64,000 nucleotides of DNA from a bacterium (GTDB taxonomy: Bacteria > UBA10199 > 2-02-FULL-44-16 > JAAZCA01): the NCBI GenBank assembly GCA_963674695.2, contig CAXXGI010000002.1, positions 128,001 to 192,000 of the forward strand, written 5' to 3'. Position 1 is the first letter of the stretch; each line of letters starts with the position of its first letter. The notes below the pieces were generated by a model. It made no database searches. It was not told the origin of the DNA and saw only the letters and a list, made by a program, of their open reading frames with translations. Positions 1-8,139 of this stretch are shown in pieces. The position numbers were made by a program, and so were the translations under genes.

Positions 1-1
1 G

Positions 2-73
2 TCAGAGGCCGCAAAGCGGTTGGGTGTTGACGAAAAGACCTTATACAATAAGAGGAGAGAGTATAAGATCTGA
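2..73 (+). CDS. C-terminal Fis-type HTH of a probable sigma-54 enhancer-binding activator (partial)
   Basis: Frame 2 reads SEAAKRLGVDEKTLYNKRREYKI*, typical HTH_8 ending; two sigma-54 promoters lie downstream. Confidence 0.75.
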   Translation, partial: SEAAKRLGVDEKTLYNKRREYKI

Positions 74-87
74 ATAGTGAGGCAAAA

Positions 88-1050
88 ATGGTTTTGGATG
101 GCAATAGACTTCTTAAGAGGACGCTTCATGACGTAACTTCGGTAAAGCTCGATGATCTTCGTGATGTTCCAAAGAGATCATCTGACCAGAGTTTGTCAAA
201 AATCTCCGCACTTACTTCCCCTGCCAAGGCGCAAGTTTACTGCATTGCAAGTGGAAAAGGCGGAACGGGTAAATCGGTAGTTACTACAAATCTCGCAGTA
301 TTGATGGCAATAAAGGGTCGCAGGGTTCTGTTGTTCGATGCCGATCTAGGGCTTGCCAATGCGCATCTTCTCTTGGGTCTCTCCCCTATCCACGATATAT
401 CCCAGATGCTTTCCGGTGAAAAAAAGGTTGAGGAGATAATCATTCCCGGCCCTCATGGAATGCAACTTATCCCCGGTGGTTCCGGATTTAGTGAGCTTGC
501 TGAACTTAAAGACTGGCGCTTTCGGTATCTTGCCAGACAGTTTGGAAACCATGAGGAAAAATTCGACATCATTTTTGTTGATCTCTCTGCCGGCATAAGT
601 CCGCAGGTGATACGATTTCTGACGGCATCTCATGAAATCATCTTGGTCACTAACCCAGATATAACCGCCTTGATCGACGCCTACGCCACTATCAAATCCA
701 TTGCCATGATGCGTCAAGCAGTCAAAATAAAAATTGTAATGAACAGGGTCAGAAAAGATGCAGAGTTGCAGGCCGCATATAGCAAATTAACGGGAATCGT
801 GAATAAAAACTTTAAAGGAGTGGAACTGTCGCTCTTTGGCTGGCTGCCTCATAATTTCTATATTCAAAACTCTGTATCAAAGCGCGTCCCGGCGGCTTTG
901 CTTCACCCTAAGAGCTTTGTCACCAAACAACTTAATGAAATGGCCGGTGTGATTGTAGGTGAAAACGAAGATTGGAAGCGGCGTCAGGCCGGATCATCAA
1001 AACCCGACGCCTCTTTCTTCGCCTTGTTGGAACAGATGGTGTTTGAATGA
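88..1050 (+). CDS. MinD/FlhG/FleN-family ATPase
   Basis: Deviant Walker A SGKGGTGKS, DADLGLAN, PGGSG, DAYATIK, C-terminal amphipathic SFFALLEQM. Confidence 0.88.
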   Translation: MVLDGNRLLKRTLHDVTSVKLDDLRDVPKRSSDQSLSKISALTSPAKAQVYCIASGKGGTGKSVVTTNLAVLMAIKGRRVLLFDADLGLANAHLLLGLSPIHDISQMLSGEKKVEEIIIPGPHGMQLIPGGSGFSELAELKDWRFRYLARQFGNHEEKFDIIFVDLSAGISPQVIRFLTASHEIILVTNPDITALIDAYATIKSIAMMRQAVKIKIVMNRVRKDAELQAAYSKLTGIVNKNFKGVELSLFGWLPHNFYIQNSVSKRVPAALLHPKSFVTKQLNEMAGVIVGENEDWKRRQAGSSKPDASFFALLEQMVFE

Positions 1051-1802
1051 AACTCGTATATGCACAAGAGATGACTCACGAGCAGGACTTAAATCTCAAG
1101 GTCTGTGTATCCAAGTACAAAATAGAGCTCACTAAAGAGGATGTCGTTTCAATTTTAAATAACCAGATTGCCTTAGTGGAATCGGGAATCCATGTGTTGG
1201 ACAGGAGATTCCCTGTCCCCGGCTCCGGCCGGGTGGATACGGTTGCCGTTGACAAGAGAAACAGGTTGTTGCTGATCGATCTCGGTTCAGTATTGGACGT
1301 TAAAGGACTTTCAAACCTCTTTCTTCAGGCCGACTGGATGGCAGAGAATTTGGATGTGTTGCGACATATCTATCCCGATAGAATACTGGATAATAGCATC
1401 CGGCTTTGGTACTTGGTCGGAAAGATTCTGCCGGAGGCAGAGTCCCTATTAAAACGATTCGATAGCAGTATCCCGCTGGAATTATTTACATATGATTGCG
1501 TAGGATTCGCAAGTGAACGGTGGCTGGTGATACAGCCACATTCGGTTGAACATCTATCTGTAAAACCGGAAAAGGAATTGGCGGATGGCCAGCCGCTTAC
1601 CTTGATGAGCGAACTGCAAAAAGTCAAGGATCCTAAACGGGAAGATATAAATCATGGCCTAAAGAATCCCATTCTTACTCAAGATGAGATCGACTATTTT
1701 CTATCTGAAGACGGACATTTGCAGACAGGCGCAAAGACAGATATAGAGGCAGTTGCTGATAATGAGGATGAAATTACCTATGTCGGCCCAGATTTAAAGT
1801 GA
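1047..1802 (+). CDS. Hypothetical protein with degenerate PD-(D/E)XK (NucS/DUF91-like) fold and acidic tail
   Basis: GRVDTVAVDKRNRLLLIDL resembles the GxIDxLxxDxxGxLVVIExK motif but lacks ExK; ATGA overlap with upstream gene. Confidence 0.55.
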   Translation: MKLVYAQEMTHEQDLNLKVCVSKYKIELTKEDVVSILNNQIALVESGIHVLDRRFPVPGSGRVDTVAVDKRNRLLLIDLGSVLDVKGLSNLFLQADWMAENLDVLRHIYPDRILDNSIRLWYLVGKILPEAESLLKRFDSSIPLELFTYDCVGFASERWLVIQPHSVEHLSVKPEKELADGQPLTLMSELQKVKDPKREDINHGLKNPILTQDEIDYFLSEDGHLQTGAKTDIEAVADNEDEITYVGPDLK

Positions 1803-1879
1803 TCGACTTGGATATTTTAGATGTTGACAGTTCTACCTCTGTTGAAATAGAAGATTTGTCAAGAGTAAAAATCGAAAAT

Positions 1880-1968
1880 GGAACCCAGGTGCTTCGGTGC
1901 CTCACGCACCAACCCCTCCTGAATGATTACCCAAGCACCCCGGTCCCTTGATCATTAGGAGGGGGAGT
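1880..1968 (+). promoter_or_regulatory. Structured 5' leader of parA with anti-Shine-Dalgarno hairpin
   Basis: CCCCTCCTGAATGATTA (1913-1929) is complementary to TGATCATTAGGAGGGG (1949-1964); a second pairing links 1880-1896 with 1931-1947. Confidence 0.5.
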
Positions 1969-2727
1969 ATGTATACCATATCTATAGCCAATCAAAAGGG
2001 CGGATCGGGAAAGACAACCACAGCGGTAAATCTGGCAGCTGGGCTGGAGGGCAAGGGACGTAAGGTCTTAATGGTCGACCTCGATCCTCAAGGTCAATCT
2101 TCAACTTGGTGGAGGGCTGAAGAACAGGAAGTCAAGGGTTCGGTTTTTGATACGATACTTGAGACCCGGACAGCAACTGCACCTATTGCAACATTGGGAC
2201 TCAAGATAACAGACAATCTCACCTTACTCCAGTCGGAATCTATATCGGTAGACGATGAGGCACGGCTGGCACAGCAACCCAAGAGATTTTCGAGATTAAA
2301 TGAATCGTTAAGCAAGGTGAAGAACGACTACGATTTTGCCATAATCGATTGCCCTCCTACCCTTGGAGTGCTTACCCAAAATGCCCTGCTTGCATCTGAC
2401 GCGGTCATTCTGACAATAAAAACAAGTTTTTTGGCCCTTCATGGTGTGGGAAGGATGCTTGGGCTTATCAAGGAAATCCAGAAGAAGCATCCTCTCAAGA
2501 TCCTTGCCTTAGCCACGATGTTTGATTGCCGAACGAATTTCGCGCATGAGGTCCTTGAAAATATCGGCGAATATTTCGAAGATATGATGTTAAAAACCGT
2601 TATTCGCAATAATGTTCGTCTCGAAGAGGCGGCGAGCTCGGGTGAACCGATTATCAAATATGACCCTCGTTCCTATGGTGCCGAGGATTACACTGCGTTG
2701 ACGACTGAATTATTAAAAAGAATTTAG
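1969..2727 (+). CDS. parA: ParA/Soj-family ATPase
   Basis: NQKGGSGKTT, VDLDPQG, IIDCPPTLG; ATG 1969 follows AGGAGG. Confidence 0.9.
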   Translation: MYTISIANQKGGSGKTTTAVNLAAGLEGKGRKVLMVDLDPQGQSSTWWRAEEQEVKGSVFDTILETRTATAPIATLGLKITDNLTLLQSESISVDDEARLAQQPKRFSRLNESLSKVKNDYDFAIIDCPPTLGVLTQNALLASDAVILTIKTSFLALHGVGRMLGLIKEIQKKHPLKILALATMFDCRTNFAHEVLENIGEYFEDMMLKTVIRNNVRLEEAASSGEPIIKYDPRSYGAEDYTALTTELLKRI

Positions 2728-2742
2728 TTTTTTCTCCTCACA

Positions 2743-2758
2743 TGGCATGGACTTTGCT
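2743..2758 (+). promoter_or_regulatory. Sigma-54 (-24/-12) promoter
   Basis: TGGCATGGACTTTGCT = GG-N10-GC consensus. Confidence 0.7.
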
Positions 2759-2800
2759 GTTGATGTGTGTAGGGTTCAAGCCAGTGAGGAGGTTAGAGAA

Positions 2801-2974
2801 ATGATCTGCGGCATAATAAATTCGAAGCACATCATACTTCATCCGATAATATTGATCTCAACATTTGGAATCGTTGGATATTTTCATCTTCTTTCAAAAT
2901 GTGTGGACCCTGCCAAGCACTATTTTTTAAATCTCTGCTTTGATTTAGAACGAGAAAAACCGAACCAAAAATAA
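2801..2974 (+). CDS. Small (57 aa) hypothetical protein
   Basis: Strong SD GAGGAGG before ATG 2801, just downstream of a sigma-54 promoter. Confidence 0.55.
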   Translation: MICGIINSKHIILHPIILISTFGIVGYFHLLSKCVDPAKHYFLNLCFDLEREKPNQK

Positions 2975-3190
2975 GCCTTTCAAATTCTTATGTTAATGCC
3001 ATAATATTTTATGATGTTGTCCGGAAACGTCGATGGTGTTTAGATCACCGGCGTCGGCAATATATTCCCGATTCAATGTTGGTTTGAAAATTATTTTGCG
3101 AATATTGAAACTCCTCAAACGCCCACTGTGCGCAAATTTAATCGCGTATGATAAATTATTTTTATGGGCAATAACGAGAATAGTGAAATC

Positions 3191-3226
3191 GGGAAAGACT
3201 TCCCTGCTATATGGCAACCAGTTTCC
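3191..3226. promoter_or_regulatory. Candidate enhancer (UAS): two palindromic boxes 22 bp apart
   Basis: GGGAAAGACTTCCC (3191-3204) and GGCAACCAGTTTCC (3213-3226), 130-165 bp upstream of the gvpA sigma-54 promoter. Confidence 0.45.
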
Positions 3227-3355
3227 GATTTTTCTCCACCCACAACCATTGTGTCGTATATTATATAGCGCCTTTTAAATGCGCCCGTCGTTAATGTCTT
3301 GATTTATCGGCATCTTCGGTCAGTCATCAAGATATCCTATTTAAATTTAATAACT

Positions 3356-3371
3356 TGGCATGATTTATGCT
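3356..3371 (+). promoter_or_regulatory. Sigma-54 promoter of the gvp operon
   Basis: TGGCATGATTTATGCT, GG-N10-GC, with an AT-rich upstream tract. Confidence 0.75.
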
Positions 3372-3415
3372 GTAGCATGTTCCATGATGATAATTAATAG
3401 ACCAATAGTGAATCG

Positions 3416-3519
3416 AAGGGATTCCATTTTACTCGTAAAGACGGAATCCCTTTTTATTTTGTGCGAGGGCCTTAAGCGATTCTACAAAATGCCATTGTCC
3501 CCGGAATTGCTTAAGGTCC
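3416..3519 (+). promoter_or_regulatory. Two stem-loops in the gvpA leader; the first is terminator-like
   Basis: AAGGGATTCC/GGAATCCCTT followed by a T tract; GGGCCTTAAGCGATTC/GAATTGCTTAAGGTCC 16-bp stem. Confidence 0.55.
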
Positions 3520-3563
3520 GAAATTTTAATGCAGCAACAACAAATTGAAAGGAGGTGATTGAG

Positions 3564-3773
3564 ATGCCAGTCGAAAAAACCATAGCCAGTTCAAGTTTGG
3601 CAGAGGTTATCGATCGTATCCTTGACAAGGGTATAGTGATCGATGCCTGGGCACGCCTATCCTTGGTAGGAATTGAATTCCTAGCCCTGGAAGCTCGTGC
3701 GGTGGTCTCCGGTGTGGAGACATACCTGAAGTACGCTGAAGCCATTGGCTTAACGGCGACAGCAGCGCATTAA
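3564..3773 (+). CDS. gvpA: Gas vesicle shell protein GvpA, copy 1
   Basis: [21 protein letters not shown]...[13 protein letters not shown]; SD GGAGG. Confidence 0.97.
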   Translation: MPVEKTIASSSLAEVIDRILDKGIVIDAWARLSLVGIEFLALEARAVVSGVETYLKYAEAIGLTATAAH

Positions 3774-3884
3774 GAATGCGTGAGGAGTGGTTAAATGGAT
3801 CTTTGAATTTGGGAAAAAGAATGTTGGCCGCATGGGTGCCATGGGGGCACTTGTGGTGGAACCAACAAGAAGGAGGGTAAAGAT

Positions 3885-4091
3885 ATGCCAGTTGAAAAAA
3901 CCATAGCTAGTTCGAGTTTGGCGGAAGTTATCGATCGCATCCTTGATAAGGGTATTGTGATCGATGCGTGGGCAAGGCTCTCGTTGGTCGGAATTGAATT
4001 TCTGGCCCTTGAAGCGCGTGCGGTTGTTTCCGGTGTTGAGACCTATCTGAAATATGCAGAAGCGATAGGCCTAACCGCCACTGCTGCATAG
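3885..4091 (+). CDS. gvpA: GvpA, copy 2
   Basis: Same signature; SD AGGAGG. Confidence 0.97.
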   Translation: MPVEKTIASSSLAEVIDRILDKGIVIDAWARLSLVGIEFLALEARAVVSGVETYLKYAEAIGLTATAA

Positions 4092-4167
4092 GTACCACTA
4101 ATTGGTCTTTTTGTTGGGTATCATGGTGATACCTAAAATGGAAGGCCAGTAAACATGGAGGGTTAAG

Positions 4168-4383
4168 ATGCCAGTCGAGAAAACCATAGCCAGTTCAAGT
4201 TTGGCAGAGGTTATCGATCGTATCCTTGACAAGGGTATAGTGATCGATGCCTGGGCACGGCTCTCTCTGGTCGGAATTGAATTTCTGGCCCTTGAGGCGC
4301 GTGTGGTGGTCTCCGGTGTGGAGACATATTTAAAGTATGCAGAGGCAATAGGGCTTACTGCTACTTCGGCAACGCCTGCGTAG
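4168..4383 (+). CDS. gvpA: GvpA, copy 3
   Basis: Same signature, ARVVV variant, SATPA tail. Confidence 0.97.
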   Translation: MPVEKTIASSSLAEVIDRILDKGIVIDAWARLSLVGIEFLALEARVVVSGVETYLKYAEAIGLTATSATPA

Positions 4384-4518
4384 TTTGACAACTTAATGGT
4401 GTGTTTTGCGATCTGTATGGGCATTTGTCGGGATATCCTTTTTGCAGATTAAGGATGTTGGCAGAGAGCGTATTCCGCCAAATAAACCGGCCCCATGTTA
4501 TGTTGAGGAGAAATAGTT

Positions 4519-5076
4519 ATGGCTGCTACGAATACAATGGTTGATCAGATGAGACAGGTGACAGAGGATCTTGTAGATACCTATTGTACGCGTATAGCAG
4601 CTGTATCTGAATTGATCACCGAGGCGTACGAAATAATGGCCGAGCATAGAAGTGTACAGGAGAGGCTTAAAATAGAACTCAAAGAGATGCTGGCCGTTAA
4701 AAATTCGCTGCGCCGGAAGGACTTTGATCTCCTGATCAAAGGGGCCTTGGAGCCCCAATATGTGAGAGAGCAGGAGGTTAAAGGGAGACTTCATAAGTTT
4801 CTTTCTTCTCAGAGGGAAGTGGCCGCTCAGTTAAAGACCGCCTTACATGAGGGTAATCTGGAAGAGGTCCGTAGATTAAAACGGGAAATAGAGACTGAAA
4901 TCAGAGAGATCAAGGAACTGGTCAAGGTCTTTCATTATCTCGAGACCTCGATTATCCAGAGGTTTAATGCCCTGCTTAAGAAAGGACCGCAAATCACCAT
5001 TGGTGAATTCAAAGAGGCGATGATTGAAATTCGTGAAAACTTTCGAAGGGAGGTGATTACAAATGGGATTTGCTGA
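4519..5076 (+). CDS. Helical/coiled-coil gas-vesicle-associated hypothetical protein
   Basis: SD GAGGAG; helical composition; lies between gvpA and gvpC. Confidence 0.7.
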   Translation: MAATNTMVDQMRQVTEDLVDTYCTRIAAVSELITEAYEIMAEHRSVQERLKIELKEMLAVKNSLRRKDFDLLIKGALEPQYVREQEVKGRLHKFLSSQREVAAQLKTALHEGNLEEVRRLKREIETEIREIKELVKVFHYLETSIIQRFNALLKKGPQITIGEFKEAMIEIRENFRREVITNGIC

Positions 5077-5650
5077 AGACATGACCAATTTGGGAGAACA
5101 TCTGGTATCGTCTTTTGATAACAGAGTAAAAGACGTTAAGAAATTCTTTGCTGCCTCTCATAACATGAGGAGGGAGGCTCAGAGTTTTCTGAATCAGACC
5201 CGTTCGGAGCAAAAAAACATGTTTCATAACCTCCACCATGATCTAAATAAATTTACCAAAAACCTTGCCAATGAGACACATGAAATGTTGAATTCATGTA
5301 GTCGCCAGAGGCGGGAACAGGCCAAAAAAGATCATAAAAGGAGGCGAGAATTTTGTTCTGATATAACGGATCAGGTCGGAAATCTGAGTAACAAAACCCA
5401 CCAGTTCATGAAGAAATGTGAGCAGCAGAGAGAGAAGTTACACGATGAATTCGAACGCGGCCACAAGAACTTTCAGCGTGCCATGAAGGAGAAAAACCGA
5501 CACATGAATGCTGTGCATTTTCAGGAATACAAGGAACCAGCGGAGCCGCATAAGGTAAAAAAGGCCAAAGCAGAAAGGGCCTCTCCTGTTGAGAAAATGC
5601 CAAAGCAACGTGGGCGACCGTCGAAAAAAAGAAGACGTGTAACCAAGTAA
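5063..5650 (+). CDS. gvpC: GvpC-like outer reinforcing protein
   Basis: Helical repeats REAQSFL / NETHEML / NKTHQFM spaced 33 and 40 aa; basic low-complexity tail. Confidence 0.65.
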   Translation: MGFAEDMTNLGEHLVSSFDNRVKDVKKFFAASHNMRREAQSFLNQTRSEQKNMFHNLHHDLNKFTKNLANETHEMLNSCSRQRREQAKKDHKRRREFCSDITDQVGNLSNKTHQFMKKCEQQREKLHDEFERGHKNFQRAMKEKNRHMNAVHFQEYKEPAEPHKVKKAKAERASPVEKMPKQRGRPSKKRRRVTK

Positions 5651-5728
5651 TATTCAAACACTGTGGGGTGCCCGGTCAATTGGATCGGGTACCTTACGGT
5701 TGTTTTTGACAGTAATGAAGAAGGGTTT

Positions 5729-6082
5729 ATGCCCAGTATTAAAGGCGAAATTCGGTTTCCTTCCCATAGGAAGTATGTAGCACAGATAAATTGCGCGTTC
5801 TGTAAGGGAATAGGAAGAGATCCTTTTGAAACAGTATCCATCTGTCCGGTGTGTCATGGGATGAAGGAGCATTATATTCTCAAACCCTTTTCAACATGCG
5901 CCTATTGTAAGGGAACTGGTATTGAGTTTGGTACACAGAATACATGTCTTTCTTGCCACGGGAGGGGAAAGGTTTCCAATCATAAAGGGAAGCAGAGGAT
6001 TTGTGATGTATGTCGTGGCTCGGGAATGGAGCAGGAGACAAAGTTAACGTGCCATAATTGTCATGGCAGTGGAGTTTTATAA
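5729..6082 (+). CDS. Stand-alone DnaJ-type cysteine-rich zinc finger protein
   Basis: Six CxxCxGxG-type motifs, no J-domain. Confidence 0.8.
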   Translation: MPSIKGEIRFPSHRKYVAQINCAFCKGIGRDPFETVSICPVCHGMKEHYILKPFSTCAYCKGTGIEFGTQNTCLSCHGRGKVSNHKGKQRICDVCRGSGMEQETKLTCHNCHGSGVL

Positions 6083-6139
6083 GTTTATGTTGCCGAGAGT
6101 GTCTGAGTTTTTCTCTGCATTCTCCGCAAGGAGGGTTAT

Positions 6140-7114
6140 ATGGAAAGGGATACAGAATCAATCACCATTATAGAACCTAGGGCAAGCCGCGATTTTGTGG
6201 AAACCCCCTTTGTAAAGGACATTATTAAGAGGTCTATGAATTATATAAAAGCCGGGTTTCCAATTCACTTGAGGGGCATCTCGGGGACGGGCAAGACCAC
6301 GATGGCGCTTCGAATTGCCGAGTTATTGGGTAAACCGCTGGTAATAATTCATGGCGATGAAGAGATGACCACTTCGAATCTGGTCGGGGGAGAAACGGGT
6401 TATCACCTAAGGAGGGTGAGAGATAATTTTATTCATTCCGTCCTCAAGGTGGAGGAGGATGCATCAAAGGAGTGGGTGGATAATCGTCTAACGCTGGCCG
6501 TTGAGAATGGTTATACACTGATTTACGATGAATTTACACGTTCGCGGCCCGAGGCCAACAACGTTTTACTTTCGATCCTTCAGGAAGGAATACTGGATAT
6601 TCCGGGCAAGAGGAACGGGGATTCTTATGTCAAGGTTCATCCGGATTTTTCTGCTATCTTCACATCTAATCCCGAAGAATATGCAGGTGTACATCGCTCA
6701 CAAGATGCACTGCGGGATCGGATGATCACACTTGACCTACAATCTTTCGATGAGAATACCGAAATCGCCATAGCGGCAAAAAAGTCAAGAATGCATCCAA
6801 AGGAAATAGCCAAAATAGTAAAGATAGTGAGGGACCTGAGGGCTTCAGGTCAATATGAGTTTTCTCCCACAGTAAGGGCATGCATTATGATTGCCAAGTC
6901 TATTGCAGTGAATCCGGGCAATGTTCAGGTCGCCTCTCATGACAGCGTCTTTAAGAATATATGCCTTGATATTTTAACTTCTGAAACCTCTCGAATTGGG
7001 AGTTCCTCCACGAGTGCCCGTGTTAAAAATATTGTGTGCGAAGCCATTGATAAACATTGCAGGAATGGCACCGGAAAACCTAGGAGAAAGGTATTGAAGG
7101 GGGTGAGCGAATGA
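6140..7114 (+). CDS. gvpN: Gas vesicle AAA+ ATPase GvpN
   Basis: GISGTGKTT, DNFIHSV, WVDNRLT, YDEFTRSRPEANN, SNPEEYAGVH. Confidence 0.95.
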   Translation: MERDTESITIIEPRASRDFVETPFVKDIIKRSMNYIKAGFPIHLRGISGTGKTTMALRIAELLGKPLVIIHGDEEMTTSNLVGGETGYHLRRVRDNFIHSVLKVEEDASKEWVDNRLTLAVENGYTLIYDEFTRSRPEANNVLLSILQEGILDIPGKRNGDSYVKVHPDFSAIFTSNPEEYAGVHRSQDALRDRMITLDLQSFDENTEIAIAAKKSRMHPKEIAKIVKIVRDLRASGQYEFSPTVRACIMIAKSIAVNPGNVQVASHDSVFKNICLDILTSETSRIGSSSTSARVKNIVCEAIDKHCRNGTGKPRRKVLKGVSE

Positions 7115-7443
7115 AGACTATGATTGATGTCAAACATGTAGGAAGCGTGAAATCCATACGTCACGTTATGACCAAGTCCAAGGGGGGATCGGTAAACCTG
7201 CCTTATCTGAATCTGTATGTCCATCAGATGAATAGATATAAGCTGGATAAGGAAAAACGTGCATTAATTAACCGCCTTGCAGAGATTGAAAAACAACTGA
7301 ATGATATCGATAGCAAATGCATGTCTTTGGGGCCGGAGATCATGACTACTCTAGGTGAAAAACCGAAGAGGCGCAAACGGGGGAAAGACCCCGACGGAAA
7401 TGGCAGGAGACGTGTGGTAAAGAAGTTAAAGGTTAGTTATTGA
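7111..7443 (+). CDS. gvpV: GvpV-like coiled-coil protein
   Basis: YLNLY...KLDKEK...RLAEIEKQL; ATGA-coupled after gvpN. Confidence 0.5.
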   Translation: MKTMIDVKHVGSVKSIRHVMTKSKGGSVNLPYLNLYVHQMNRYKLDKEKRALINRLAEIEKQLNDIDSKCMSLGPEIMTTLGEKPKRRKRGKDPDGNGRRRVVKKLKVSY

Positions 7444-7527
7444 TTCGTATCTCGTGAAGCGTGAAGCGTATCTCGAAATCAGAAATCTATTATTGTGAGA
7501 TACGAGATACGTTTCACGAGATACGAA
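7444..7527. repeat. Heptamer inverted-repeat element 1
   Basis: Four CGTATCT/CGTGAAG units, a 20-nt spacer, then four complementary AGATACG/TTTCACG units, between TGA and AAGGAGG. Confidence 0.9.
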
Positions 7528-7539
7528 AAGGAGGCTCGA

Positions 7540-8085
7540 ATGTTCAAAAAGAAAAAGAAGGATGAAGAACCCTTTGAACTCGATTTTGGAGTCGGCAAAA
7601 TTAACCTAGGAGGGTTACTCAAAGGATTTGGTAAATTAGTTGATTTCGCCGACGAGTTGGAAAAGGCCGGCGGTGAGATGAAGAAAGAGGGCGAATTCAA
7701 GGTCAAGGGGGCAAAGGACCTTAAAGGGGTTTACGGATTTTCCATCCGGACCGGCATAGGAAAAGATGGTACGGAAAGACCCATCGTAGAGCCCTTTGGA
7801 AATATTAAAAAGACGTCCAAGGGTGCGGTGGTGGAAGATACTAGGGAACCCATCGTAGATGTTTTCGATGAGAATGGGAAGTTGCAGATCGTCGCGGAAA
7901 TGCCCGGGGTTTCCGAACAGGAAGTAGAATATACCATTAACGGCGATGTGCTCATTTTAAACAGTATCGGGGAGAAGAAATACAGCAAAGAGATATTGCT
8001 CCCCTATCCGGTTTCGGAAAAAGATGCAGAGAAGAATTATAAAAACGGGATCTTTGAATTAAAACTTAAGAAGAGAGAGCAGTAG
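7540..8085 (+). CDS. Hsp20/alpha-crystallin (GvpH-like, archaeal-type sHsp)
   Basis: GVYGFSIR, EPFGNIK, REPIVDVF, AEMPGV, YKNGIFEL. Confidence 0.88.
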   Translation: MFKKKKKDEEPFELDFGVGKINLGGLLKGFGKLVDFADELEKAGGEMKKEGEFKVKGAKDLKGVYGFSIRTGIGKDGTERPIVEPFGNIKKTSKGAVVEDTREPIVDVFDENGKLQIVAEMPGVSEQEVEYTINGDVLILNSIGEKKYSKEILLPYPVSEKDAEKNYKNGIFELKLKKREQ

Positions 8086-8139
8086 CCCTGCCAGCTTTTC
8101 TAAACCCTTTCCTGTAGGGAAGGCTTTGAGGAACGCTTT

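Noticed and set aside
3212-3227. Third sigma-54 promoter (TGGCAACCAGTTTCCG)
   Set aside because: Lacks the -12 GC; fits better as one enhancer box
3482-4424. Minus-strand ORFs over gvpA and other short antisense ORFs in the track
   Set aside because: Shadows of well-supported genes on the opposite strand
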